The notes: generated by a model from the letters alone, not told the origin. DNA of 64,000 bases from an uncultured bacterium (GCA_966095765.1 CBHTSZ010000002.1:32247-96246); one strand, 5' to 3'. Positions 31,328 to 40,912 are shown, numbered from the stretch's first letter. Numbers and translations: made by a program.

Positions 31328-32132
31328 AGCGATTATCCCGGTTGCAGGGTATGGATCACGACGGCTACCAATTACCAAGAGTATTGAGAAATGTATGCTT
31401 CCGCTCGGTAACCGGCCCGTGATCGACTATATCGTTTCTGATTGTGTCAAAGCGGGGATTACCGACATTTATTTCATCGTGAGCGGACAGGCGGCGCAGC
31501 TACGCTCATTTTATAGCCGCAACGTTGAGCTTGAAGACGTGCTGCGCGCCAACGGCAAGACCGAGCTTGCCGATATGATCGTCCCGCCGACCGGTGTCAC
31601 GTTCCATTTTATCGAGCAGGATCTGAGCGATGGACGCTACGGTACGACAATCCCCGTATGGCTTTGTCGTGACTACATCAGCGAGGACGAACTCGTGCTG
31701 GTGATGATGGGCGACGACGTTACCTACGTACCTGAGGGTGAAAGTGATATCGAGCATCTCATCAGTCTTGGCTCACCAGCGATACTCGGGCTGCCAGTGG
31801 AGGAGGGCGATCTCAGCTCTTATGGGGTTATCGCCCAGTCTGACGAAGGAATCTTTGCCTCGATCGTTGAAAAACCAGCTCCGGGTAGTGAACCGAGCCG
31901 TATGATCAATGTCAGTAAATATGTGCTACCGGGTACGTTTATGTCTTATGCTGATGCGTCGGTCCAGAGAGGTGCTAACGCAAGCGGTGAGTTTTTCATC
32001 ACCGACCCGATCAATGATATGGTTGCGGATGGCACGGCGCTTAAGGTCGTTCAGGCGAAGGGAAAATACCTCGATACGGGGACGGTTGAGTCATGGGTTC
32101 AAGCAAATCAGTGGCTTCTCGAAAACTCGTAA
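31311..32132 (+). CDS. sugar-1-phosphate nucleotidyltransferase (GalU/UTP-glucose-1-phosphate uridylyltransferase-like)
   Basis: AIIPVAGYGSRRLPITKSIEKCMLPL matches the signature G-x-G-(T/S)-R-x-LP-x-TK. Confidence 0.75.
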   Translation: MRSATKAIIPVAGYGSRRLPITKSIEKCMLPLGNRPVIDYIVSDCVKAGITDIYFIVSGQAAQLRSFYSRNVELEDVLRANGKTELADMIVPPTGVTFHFIEQDLSDGRYGTTIPVWLCRDYISEDELVLVMMGDDVTYVPEGESDIEHLISLGSPAILGLPVEEGDLSSYGVIAQSDEGIFASIVEKPAPGSEPSRMINVSKYVLPGTFMSYADASVQRGANASGEFFITDPINDMVADGTALKVVQAKGKYLDTGTVESWVQANQWLLENS

Positions 32133-32145
32133 CTATACCAAGACA

Positions 32146-32174
32146 TTGACAAAAAACAAAGCTTATGCTAATAT
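32146..32174 (+). promoter_or_regulatory. consensus-like promoter of a leaderless small gene
   Basis: TTGACA (32146-51) - 17 nt - TAATAT (32169-74), then 6 nt to the ATG at 32181. Confidence 0.6.
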
Positions 32175-32180
32175 AAAAGC

Positions 32181-32357
32181 ATGAGTACACAAACAAACAT
32201 CGAAACTACTGAACGAGTTGCATTGCTCCAGACAAGTGAAGATCTCAAGACAGCGTTGCTGTTCGTCTCGCTTGCTGCAAATGCCTTCATCTTTATCTCT
32301 TGGCTTGTTATCCAGGTAGATCCAGGTGTTGCACTTGTCTTGATGACAACATCATAG
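32181..32357 (+). CDS. small membrane protein (58 aa; below the ORF-track cutoff)
   Basis: MSTQTNIETTERVALLQTSEDLKTALLFVSLAANAFIFISWLVIQVDPGVALVLMTTS. Bracketed by a strong promoter and a terminator. Confidence 0.5.
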   Translation: MSTQTNIETTERVALLQTSEDLKTALLFVSLAANAFIFISWLVIQVDPGVALVLMTTS

Positions 32358-32391
32358 CCGTTGTAATTTCGTTACAAAAGGCTAGCGACAA

Positions 32392-32417
32392 ACAGGGGAT
32401 CTACCCCTGTTTTTTTG
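32392..32417 (+). terminator. intrinsic terminator
   Basis: acagggg-atcta-cccctgt followed by ttttttt. Confidence 0.7.
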
Positions 32418-32486
32418 TACAAAAGCCGAACATTCTGTGGATAACTGCGGCGCTTGCTAAAAAAATAAGCAAAAAAGGTATTGCGT

Positions 32487-32534
32487 GTGGGTAGAAGTGG
32501 GTACTATACTGTCGTCAGTGGGTAAGTGTGGGTA
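32487..32534 (+). promoter_or_regulatory. four phased GTGGGTA repeats (MraZ-box-like) overlapping the putative dcw promoter
   Basis: GTGGGTA at 32487, 32497, 32518 and 32528 (spacings 10, 21, 10 bp). TTGCGT (32481-86) and TATACT (32505-10) bracket the first pair. Confidence 0.6.
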
Positions 32535-32603
32535 ACACCACACCACACAAACAAAAACCACGGCACCAAAAAAACAATTAGCGGTCCTAGATAGAAAAAG
32601 GAA

Positions 32604-32963
32604 ATGAAGCCAGACTACTTTGAACGAAAGCTTGATGACAAGCGCCGGCTAACTATACCGGCGGAACTTCGAGCAGAGTTCGCAGGCGGAGTAGTGATTA
32701 CACGAGGCTTTTCCAGCTATCTACACATCTATCCCCAAACAGTCTGGGATGGAGACGTCGAACCGGCACTTTCAGGTGATATTCTCGATGAGAAGACCGC
32801 CGACCTTAACGTACAGTTTCGTATGGGCAAGGTAAGTGCAGAGCTTGACGCCAAACAGGGACGCATCACACTAGAACAGCATTTGCTGGACTACGCAGGC
32901 ATCGACCGTAATGTCACTTGCGTCAGAGCCGGCAAGTACTGGCGCTTGATGAAGGCTAATTAG
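32604..32963 (+). CDS. mraZ: transcriptional regulator MraZ (short form)
   Basis: KLDDKRRLTIPAELR and DAKQGRITLEQHLLDYAGI (two SpoVT/AbrB-type repeats). First gene of the dcw cluster. Confidence 0.75.
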   Translation: MKPDYFERKLDDKRRLTIPAELRAEFAGGVVITRGFSSYLHIYPQTVWDGDVEPALSGDILDEKTADLNVQFRMGKVSAELDAKQGRITLEQHLLDYAGIDRNVTCVRAGKYWRLMKAN

Positions 32964-33311
32964 TTTTAGAGGTAGCGCACGTTAACAATCCGGGACCAGG
33001 TAAGCAAACCGAGAAGTCTCGAGGTCAGCTACCTGGCAGTCAGACGTGGCAAGTGTAACCGCGCACTTTTACACTAGTACCTTCCTTAACACACACCTCC
33101 CAAAAAACTCCACCTCACACAGGGGTCCCCATGAAATCGTCAGATTTCGAGGGGTATCTCACACACATAAGTCTCTCACTCTCACGTCAGTGGGTAACAG
33201 CGAAGATCGGGCAATCCCAATCTTCACACCACAACAACTCCATTGGCGCTACACAAAAACAAAAACATCTGCGAAAATAAAAACTGACTGTCAGATAGGT
33301 GACCTCAAGAT

Positions 33312-34247
33312 ATGAGCAAACATACACCACAACAACTCCAATCAGGGGCCCCCGACGAACTTCGTTCGGTGGGGAAAGAGCTCCATGCACCGGTTTTACC
33401 GAACAAGGTTGTCGAGCTTTTGGCTCCACAGCCTGGTCAAACATACCTCGACCTCACAGCAGGCTATGGCGGACATGCCAGCCTCGTTGCGGAGCGTCTC
33501 GGTGGGTTTGACACGGTAACCTTAGTCGATCGTGACGAAAACGCCATCAAAGAGCTCGAAAGGTACGGGCACTTAGGGGCGACAGTCGTTCACGATGATT
33601 TTGCAGCTTTCGCTGAATCTGCCGTCGAGGCAGGTAAGGCTTTTGATATGGTTTTAGTTGATTTTGGTGTATCGTCACCGCAACTTGACAGGGCAGAACG
33701 AGGATTCTCGATACAGCACACCGGTCCTTTGGATATGAGAATGGACCAACGGCAGGATAAAAGCGCCTATACGTTGGTAAATAAGCTATCAGAAAAAGAC
33801 TTGATGCGTCTGATCGTTACCTACGGTGAAGAACGACCGTCGCGTGCCGCGCAGATTGCGCGAGCAATCGTACGAAGTCGTCCGCACCGTACAACGGAGG
33901 ACCTCGCGAATGCTATCCTGTCTACCCATCGTGGTCCGCGCCAAAAGGTGCATCCGGCCACGCGTACTTTTCAAGCCATACGGATTGCGCTCAACGATGA
34001 GCTCGGTCAGATTGAACGGCTCCTTGCAGTTCTACCACGGTTGCTAAACCCGGGTGGACGCGTTGCCTTCATCTCATTTCATAGCCTCGAAGACCGCCTG
34101 GTGAAGCAATTCATCAACGAGCAGGTAAGGGCTGGATTTGAAGCCGAGTTTGAGACCTTGGCCAAAAAGCCGATCCTAGGCAAAACTGACGATGTTCACA
34201 ATCCGCGTGCAAGAAGTGCAATACTTCGCGCCGCTGTGAAAAAATAA
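33312..34247 (+). CDS. rsmH: 16S rRNA (cytosine1402-N4)-methyltransferase
   Basis: HAPVLPNKVVELL, DLTAGYGGHA, FHSLEDRLVK motifs. Confidence 0.9.
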   Translation: MSKHTPQQLQSGAPDELRSVGKELHAPVLPNKVVELLAPQPGQTYLDLTAGYGGHASLVAERLGGFDTVTLVDRDENAIKELERYGHLGATVVHDDFAAFAESAVEAGKAFDMVLVDFGVSSPQLDRAERGFSIQHTGPLDMRMDQRQDKSAYTLVNKLSEKDLMRLIVTYGEERPSRAAQIARAIVRSRPHRTTEDLANAILSTHRGPRQKVHPATRTFQAIRIALNDELGQIERLLAVLPRLLNPGGRVAFISFHSLEDRLVKQFINEQVRAGFEAEFETLAKKPILGKTDDVHNPRARSAILRAAVKK

Positions 34248-34425
34248 AAAAACAAGAAAGGATAGGATCAAAAATATGCCTATCGTAGTCAAAGACGCTT
34301 CACGCGCAGTCAAGATCGACGTTCACGTCATCCACGCTGACGAGCAGTAAGCAACACCCGGGGTTAGCTATTCGTAACGAGTAGCTAACCCCACCATATA
34401 AAAAACGAAAACAAAAAATAAAATC

Positions 34426-34782
34426 ATGTCACGATATCGATCCACCACATCTTCGTTCAACACGCGATCTGATCGCATGTGGCGCCGCAACCAGAACACT
34501 GTTGCGTTTGTGCCTAGCGCGACTCTCGGTCCGGTTGCTCATACCGTTTTGGTTGCACTGATGATTGCCGTTCTTGGCCTCATCTACCTCACGCAGGTCA
34601 CCAAAACGAGCACGTATGGCTATCAGCTCGACAGTCTCGAAACCAAGCGGGCAACGCTACTCGCTGAACGACAAGATCTCGAAAACGAGAACGCACGCCT
34701 CCAGGCGCTGGAACGTGTCAAAAACAGCAGCGTTGCAGCCGCTATGACCGAGCCAGCATCGACCGAATACGCTACGAACTAG
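34426..34782 (+). CDS. ftsL: cell division protein FtsL-like
   Basis: Single TM plus a coiled coil (LETKRATLLAERQDLENENARLQALERV). Lies between rsmH and ftsI. Confidence 0.55.
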   Translation: MSRYRSTTSSFNTRSDRMWRRNQNTVAFVPSATLGPVAHTVLVALMIAVLGLIYLTQVTKTSTYGYQLDSLETKRATLLAERQDLENENARLQALERVKNSSVAAAMTEPASTEYATN

Positions 34783-34795
34783 TACACTTATACCT

Positions 34796-36556
34796 ATGCA
34801 GTTGCCTCGACTTTCACGTGCCTCATCGCGCACCACGTTTCTCCTCTATCTTCTGGTAGGGGTTTTGGTGCTGTTTGGCCTCAGGCTGTTCTACCTGCAA
34901 GTTATTCGGCACGGTCACTATGAAAAGCTTGCACGCGAAATGCAGGTAAGTAAGCTCACCATCGTCCCTGAGCGTGGCAAGATCTACGCGCTTGACGGCA
35001 AGACGCCGGTACCACTCGTGCTCAACGAAACCGTATTTACCGTATTTGCCGATCCTCAGGAAGTCGATAACGTTTCAGAAGTAAAAGAGGCGATGCGCGA
35101 AATCGCCGGTGGTAACTTAGTCGAAGGATATGAGAAACGCCTTGGCGACAAAGAGCTTCGCTACGTTCCCATGGCACGCCAGGTGACGCGTACCCAGGCG
35201 GAGAAGCTCCGTGCGAAGAAACTCGCTGGTGTTGGATTTCAGAAGGGTTCGCGCCGTGTCTATCCTGAGGGCCAGATGGGTTCTCAGATGCTTGGCTATG
35301 TCAATAATGACGGCTTGGGGCAGTATGGCGTCGAAGGAGCCTTGAACGGTGAGCTGGCCGGTCGTCCAGGCCTCCTTCAGACTGTGACTGACGTTCGTCA
35401 GATTCCGCTTACTATCGGCGAGAGCGACACGAGTCGACCTGCTGTGAATGGTAAGAACCTACTGCTGAGCATCGACCGCAACATCCAGCAGCAAGCAGAG
35501 CAGGTGCTCAAAGAGGGTCTCGCAAAAGCCAAAGCTACCAAGGGTAGTGTGCTCGTCATGGATCCAAATACAGGCCGGGTGATGGCAATGGCCAACTATC
35601 CTACCTATAACGCCAACAAGTACACCGATGTTGAGGATTATCGATTGTTCCTCAACAGTGTCGTCAATGAACCATATGAGGTTGGATCAGTTATGAAGGT
35701 CCTCAGTATGGGGGCGGGCCTCGATAGTGGGGCGGTCACAGTAAACTCGACCTTTGATAACACAGGTAGCGTCGATGTTGATGGTACGACGATCCGTAAC
35801 GTCGAAGAAGATCCGATCTACCCAAACACGAGCATGACTGACGTTTTGCAGTACTCACTCAACACCGGTGTCGTCTACGTGCTGGAGCGCATGGGTGGCG
35901 GCAGCGTCAACCAGGCTGCTCGACAAAAGCTTTACGACTACTACACCAATCATTACCGGTTCAACAAACTAACCGGAATCGAGCAGGCTTATGAAGCGAA
36001 CAGTATCCTCCGTGCGCCAAACGAAGGTGAGGGGAGGAATGTCCGTTACGCGAATATGACGTTTGGGCAAGGTATGAACCTCACGATGATTCAGACAGCT
36101 GCGGCATTTTCAGCGGCAATGAACGGAGGCACCTACTATAAGCCGACGGTTATCAAGGGTGCTGTTAATGATGACGGCTCGATCAGCGAAAAAGCACCTG
36201 AAGTTGTCTCGACCGGTGTTCTGAGTCCAGATGCGTCCGCAACGCTTCGCGAAATGACCTACCAAGGTCGTCACCGCGGCTTCTTTGGCAAGCAGGATCC
36301 TGACGGTTACATGGTCGGAGGAAAGACCGGAACGAGCCAGATCATCGATGCTAAAACGGGTAAATATAGCGACGATGACTCGATTGGTAGTTACCTCGGT
36401 TTTGGTGGTGCTGATAAGCCCGAATATGTCATAATGGTACGCGTAGAAGATTCCAAGCTGACCACTGGATATGCTGGTACCGTCGCAGCTGGTCCGATCT
36501 TTAATGAATTGTCCAACTGGATGCTCCGATATTTAGAAATACCACCCAAAAACTAA
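34796..36556 (+). CDS. ftsI: penicillin-binding protein (class B transpeptidase, FtsI/PBP2-like)
   Basis: N-terminal TM. SxxK (SVMK), SxN (SLN) and KTG (KTGTS) motifs. Confidence 0.85.
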   Translation: MQLPRLSRASSRTTFLLYLLVGVLVLFGLRLFYLQVIRHGHYEKLAREMQVSKLTIVPERGKIYALDGKTPVPLVLNETVFTVFADPQEVDNVSEVKEAMREIAGGNLVEGYEKRLGDKELRYVPMARQVTRTQAEKLRAKKLAGVGFQKGSRRVYPEGQMGSQMLGYVNNDGLGQYGVEGALNGELAGRPGLLQTVTDVRQIPLTIGESDTSRPAVNGKNLLLSIDRNIQQQAEQVLKEGLAKAKATKGSVLVMDPNTGRVMAMANYPTYNANKYTDVEDYRLFLNSVVNEPYEVGSVMKVLSMGAGLDSGAVTVNSTFDNTGSVDVDGTTIRNVEEDPIYPNTSMTDVLQYSLNTGVVYVLERMGGGSVNQAARQKLYDYYTNHYRFNKLTGIEQAYEANSILRAPNEGEGRNVRYANMTFGQGMNLTMIQTAAAFSAAMNGGTYYKPTVIKGAVNDDGSISEKAPEVVSTGVLSPDASATLREMTYQGRHRGFFGKQDPDGYMVGGKTGTSQIIDAKTGKYSDDDSIGSYLGFGGADKPEYVIMVRVEDSKLTTGYAGTVAAGPIFNELSNWMLRYLEIPPKN

Positions 36557-36572
36557 ACGAAAGAACCTAACC

Positions 36573-37622
36573 GTGTCACTACCTGAACTTTTTAGCCTCG
36601 TCGACCTCACCCAAGAGCTCGTAAAACTATTTGCACTGGCAGTTGGAGGCTTTTCTTTGGCGATGCTTCTCACGCCGATGTATACCTACGCCGCCTATCG
36701 CTACCGCTTCTGGAAAAAACAGCGCACTACCTCAACGACAGGCGAGATGCTCGAGGTGTTTACTAAGCTGCATGCCACTAAATTTACGCGTAATATCCCA
36801 ACGATGGCAGGCATTATCGCGCTCATCGCCGTTACGATCATCACGGTAGCGGTCAATCTCGATCGTGAGCAAACGTGGCTGCCGATCGCGGCTTTCGTGG
36901 GTGGGGCACTTGTGGGATTGGTTGACGACATCATCAACCTGCGCGGCAAGAGTCTCGGGGTTGCAGGTCTTCGTTCAAGTTTCAAGTTTGGCCTCATCAC
37001 GCTCATTGCAGCGGTCGGTGCATGGTTCTTTTACGCCAAACTAGGCTACACCGATATCCACGTTCCGTTCTATGGGCCGCTCGAAGTGGGCTGGTTGATC
37101 ATTCCGCTGTTTATCCTCGTCGTCGTCAGTACGAGCAATGCTGTCAATATCAGTGACGGCCTCGACGGATTAGCTGGCGGTTTGCTCGCGACATCATTCG
37201 GGGTGTTTGGCGTCATTGCGCTTTTGCAGGGCAACTTTGGTATCGCTGGCTTCTGTTTCACGATCATCGGCGTTCTCATGAGCTACATCTGGTTTAACAT
37301 ACACCCAGCACGTTTCTTTATGGGGGATGTCGGTAGCTTTGCCTACGGTACGGCGCTCGGTGTCGTGGCGATGCTCACTGACAGTCTCTTCCTGCTGCCT
37401 ATCATCGGGTTTGTCTTTGTGCTCGAGGGCGGTTCCAGTTTGGTGCAGATCGTCAGCAAGAAATTCTTCCACCGCAAGGTATTCATCTCAGCGCCTATCC
37501 ACCACCACCTAGAGGCAATGGGCTGGCCGGAGACAAAAGTTACGATGCGTTTCTGGATCATTGGCCAGGTTGTTGGATTCCTCGGGTTGCTTCTCGCCTT
37601 TGCTGGGGGTACGATCTCGTGA
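36573..37622 (+). CDS. mraY: phospho-N-acetylmuramoyl-pentapeptide transferase
   Basis: NAVNISDGLDGLAGG, multi-pass membrane protein, GTG start. Confidence 0.9.
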   Translation: MSLPELFSLVDLTQELVKLFALAVGGFSLAMLLTPMYTYAAYRYRFWKKQRTTSTTGEMLEVFTKLHATKFTRNIPTMAGIIALIAVTIITVAVNLDREQTWLPIAAFVGGALVGLVDDIINLRGKSLGVAGLRSSFKFGLITLIAAVGAWFFYAKLGYTDIHVPFYGPLEVGWLIIPLFILVVVSTSNAVNISDGLDGLAGGLLATSFGVFGVIALLQGNFGIAGFCFTIIGVLMSYIWFNIHPARFFMGDVGSFAYGTALGVVAMLTDSLFLLPIIGFVFVLEGGSSLVQIVSKKFFHRKVFISAPIHHHLEAMGWPETKVTMRFWIIGQVVGFLGLLLAFAGGTIS

Positions 37623-38908
37623 CGCCACGGACGCGTCGCCAGTCACCGAGCGCACCGGTTGCTGCCGGTGTAGCTCGTCGGCACCGTCCTGATTACCAAA
37701 TCGTCCTGTTTATGGGTATTTTGGTGCTTCTGGGTCTGATCGTGCTTTACGCAATCAGCCCAGCGCGTGTTGAGCTCATCAACCAAAATGGCAGCAGCCT
37801 CGACCAGGCCCACTTTATGCAAAAGCAACTTCTATATCTCGGTATCGGGCTGACTGGCTTTGCATTTGCAGCGACCATGACGCCTGAATGGTGGAAGCGG
37901 TATACGAGCAAGATCCTACTCACTGGGTTTGTCGCTTGTTTTGTACTGCTTATTCTCGGGTTAATTCCAGGCAATCCACTTGTCATCAATACTGGTGGTG
38001 CAACACGCTGGTTTAACTTTGGTGTCGGTTCGTTCCAACCCGCTGAACTACTCAAGTTCGGGTTATTACTCTATGTTGCGGCGTTTTTGGGCCGACGGAT
38101 GCAACAGGGCAAGGTGAATAGCGTCAACGATACGCTTATTCCGGTAGGGATCATGCTCGGGCTTGCAGCACTCTTTATCATCGTGTTTCAAAAAGACATG
38201 GGTACGGGTCTCACTATGGTCGGCATGATTCTCGCAATGCTCGTTGTAGCTGGTCTCAAGGCGCGTCTGTTTGCGCTCGTGGCAGCGGTCGGCCTGGGGG
38301 CTGGTACACTCCTTATCGTCACCTCGCCACACCGTATCGAACGCGTACTGACCTTCCTCAACCCATCAGGTGCGGATGTTGAATCGTACCATATCACACA
38401 GGCAACGATCGCGATGGGAAGCGGTGGACTCTTTGGCCGTGGACTCGGTCAGGGCGTGTCACCCTTTGGCTATCTGCCAGAAGCAGTCAATGACTCGATC
38501 TTTGCAGTGCTGGGCGAAACGTTCGGTTTCATCGGTCTTATCGTCATCTTGCTCTTGTTCTTCATGCTGCTGAGGCGACTGCTGTTCATCGTTGACCGAG
38601 TCGGTGATCCAACGATGCGCCTCGTCGTTGCTGGTGTATTTGGCCTCATCATGACGCACGTCGTCGTCAACGTTGGTGCTATGACCGGTGTGTTTCCACT
38701 CACTGGTGTGACGCTGCCGTTTTTGAGCTTCGGCGGCACAAGTTTGCTGTTCATGATGTTGGGCCTTGGGCTCGTGTTTCATATTTCGAGGTATACTTCA
38801 CACCGATTGATAGATGACGTAAAGGAGACTGGCGATGAAGGTTCTGTGCGCCGGCGGGGGGTCGGGCGGACACGTAACGCCAGTACTCGCCGTCATCAAC
38901 GAGCTTAG
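37619..38908 (+). CDS. ftsW: SEDS-family peptidoglycan glycosyltransferase FtsW
   Basis: 10-TM SEDS layout, FQPAELLKF motif, Arg-rich C-terminal tail. GTGA overlap with mraY. Confidence 0.85.
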   Translation: MTPRTRRQSPSAPVAAGVARRHRPDYQIVLFMGILVLLGLIVLYAISPARVELINQNGSSLDQAHFMQKQLLYLGIGLTGFAFAATMTPEWWKRYTSKILLTGFVACFVLLILGLIPGNPLVINTGGATRWFNFGVGSFQPAELLKFGLLLYVAAFLGRRMQQGKVNSVNDTLIPVGIMLGLAALFIIVFQKDMGTGLTMVGMILAMLVVAGLKARLFALVAAVGLGAGTLLIVTSPHRIERVLTFLNPSGADVESYHITQATIAMGSGGLFGRGLGQGVSPFGYLPEAVNDSIFAVLGETFGFIGLIVILLLFFMLLRRLLFIVDRVGDPTMRLVVAGVFGLIMTHVVVNVGAMTGVFPLTGVTLPFLSFGGTSLLFMMLGLGLVFHISRYTSHRLIDDVKETGDEGSVRRRGVGRTRNASTRRHQRA

Positions 38909-39995
38909 TAAGCTCGACCCGAAACTTGAGACAACCTTTGTCTGCGATAAAGCGTTCGAGTCACAGTCACGTGGCCTCATGCAGCATGCACTCGTCCCGG
39001 TACCTGTTCACGTGATTGCCGCTGGCAAGCTGCGTCGCTACCACGGCGTACCGCTATGGAAGCAGTTGCTTGATATCCCGACCGTTGCAAAAAACCTCCG
39101 TGATATCGCACTCATTGCGACGGGCTTTGTGCAGAGCGTTATGTTGCTGCACAGCTTTAAGCCAGACGTCGTATTTGCAAAAGGTGGTTACGTCTGTCTA
39201 CCGCTCGGTTACGCAGCTAAGATGCTTGGCGTACCGATCGTGATCCATGATTCCGACGCTCGTCCTGGCCTAACGAACAAGCTGCTTAGCCGCTATGCCC
39301 AGTCGATTGCTACCGGTTCACCTCTTGAAAACTACCCATATCCTAAAGCAAAGACGACATACACTGGTGTGCCGATCGACCCGGCTTTTCATCCGTTTAA
39401 TACTAAAGAACAGCGTATGGCTAAGCAGGAAATCGGTATCATCGATCTCGATAAGCCACTCGTTGTTATTACTGGCGGTGGACTCGGGGCGGAAAGCATC
39501 AACACGGGTATTGTGTCGATCGCCGAACAGCTCATGGCTGACGGGTACGCAATCTACCATGTCACAGGCAAGAAGCATTATCAGCGTGTAAAACACGCTG
39601 CGTTCGAACATCCTGACTACCATATCGTCGAGTTTGTATATAAAGATATGGCAACTGTCCTCGGTGCTGCTGATGTCGTTGTAAGCCGAGGAAGCGCGAC
39701 ATTCCTCCAAGAACTAGCGGCGCTTGCAAAGCCAACTATCATCGTGCCAGCCGCGCATCTCGGCGACCAGATGAAAAATGCCGTTTCTTATGAAGAGGCC
39801 AAGGCAGCCCATGTACTCAGCGATAAAGAGGTGAGGGGAGGGGATTCTCTCTACGCAGCGATAAAACACTGCGTCGACAACCCGAAAGAGACTGCAGCTA
39901 TGGCGGAGCGCTTCCATGCGTTTGCGCGCGAGGATGCAGCACTCGAGGTAGCAAAATTGCTCGTTGATGCACTACCAGCAGGGGAGAAGCTCTAG
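38835..39995 (+). CDS. murG: UDP-N-acetylglucosamine--N-acetylmuramyl-(pentapeptide) pyrophosphoryl-undecaprenol GlcNAc transferase
   Basis: GGGSGGHVTP N-terminal motif. SD AAGGAG. The start lies 74 nt inside the ftsW reading frame. Confidence 0.85.
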   Translation: MKVLCAGGGSGGHVTPVLAVINELSKLDPKLETTFVCDKAFESQSRGLMQHALVPVPVHVIAAGKLRRYHGVPLWKQLLDIPTVAKNLRDIALIATGFVQSVMLLHSFKPDVVFAKGGYVCLPLGYAAKMLGVPIVIHDSDARPGLTNKLLSRYAQSIATGSPLENYPYPKAKTTYTGVPIDPAFHPFNTKEQRMAKQEIGIIDLDKPLVVITGGGLGAESINTGIVSIAEQLMADGYAIYHVTGKKHYQRVKHAAFEHPDYHIVEFVYKDMATVLGAADVVVSRGSATFLQELAALAKPTIIVPAAHLGDQMKNAVSYEEAKAAHVLSDKEVRGGDSLYAAIKHCVDNPKETAAMAERFHAFAREDAALEVAKLLVDALPAGEKL

Positions 39996-40912
39996 TGCGC
40001 CGAGATAACCAACCCCCTGTTCGCCAACCTCGTAGCAGTGAGGTCGACCAGTCATATGCGTTTCGTCGAAGCCGAACGATAACGGGCAGTGCTGCAACCA
40101 GTGTTCGAGCGGCGGGCGAGGAGAGGGGACAGTTACGCTCCCCTCGTCTCCATGAGCATTCTCTGCGTAAGCATCGCCGGAAGCTCTCACTCTATCTCGT
40201 GGCAACCATGGCTATTGCGGGTGCACTTTGGTACATGCTGGCGAGCTACATCGGAAATACTATTACGGTTAGTACCTACGCGGCGCAACCGGTGACACGC
40301 CCGCTTGATGAGGTAAGGTACCGCGCCTTGGTTCAGCAGTATCTGGCTGAACGCCCTTTCGAACGTTTTGAGTTTGCAACCAACCAAGACACCTTTTCTC
40401 AGTTTATGAGTACGCACGCTTCAGAGGTTTCTGCAGCGTCTCTCGCAACTGGTGACGGGCTTGGTACAGGCCAGCTGCAGCTGCGCCTGCGCGAGCCGGT
40501 TGCCTCATGGACTATCAAAGGTCGGCAGTACTTCGTTGATACTGATGGACTGGCCTTTACGGCCAACTATTTCGCAGTACCTACTGTCGTCGTTAGCGAC
40601 AAAAGTGGCATCAATGCAGATGCGGGTGTCATCGCCTCTACCAAACTGCTTCGCTTTATCGGACGTGTCGTCACTCTTGTCGGTAAGGCCGGTATTAGCC
40701 CGGTCGAGGCTGTGACGTTACCTGCCGGATCTACCCGTGAAGTTGACTTCAAGCTGAAGGACAGAGACTATCTCATCAAAGCTCATCTCGATCGTGACCC
40801 TGCAGGGCAGGCCACCGATATCATCAATGCTGTGAAGTATGTTGAGGCCAAGGGCATCGCTCCTAAGTACTTGGACGTACGCGTTAGTTCCAAAGCATAC
40901 TACAGAGATTAG
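39995..40912 (+). CDS. ftsQ: cell division protein FtsQ/DivIB-like
   Basis: Arg-rich N-terminus, single TM, POTRA-like extracytoplasmic domain. dcw position. Confidence 0.55.
   Translation: MRRDNQPPVRQPRSSEVDQSYAFRRSRTITGSAATSVRAAGEERGQLRSPRLHEHSLRKHRRKLSLYLVATMAIAGALWYMLASYIGNTITVSTYAAQPVTRPLDEVRYRALVQQYLAERPFERFEFATNQDTFSQFMSTHASEVSAASLATGDGLGTGQLQLRLREPVASWTIKGRQYFVDTDGLAFTANYFAVPTVVVSDKSGINADAGVIASTKLLRFIGRVVTLVGKAGISPVEAVTLPAGSTREVDFKLKDRDYLIKAHLDRDPAGQATDIINAVKYVEAKGIAPKYLDVRVSSKAYYRD

Noticed and set aside
33046-33315. 89-aa ORF in the mraZ-rsmH spacer. Similarly 41349-41603 (84 aa, TTG start) and 48077-48283 (68 aa).
   Set aside because: They have non-ATG or unsupported starts, no SD or -10 context, and low-complexity or Cys/His-rich products. 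They overlap promoter or leader regions of real genes.
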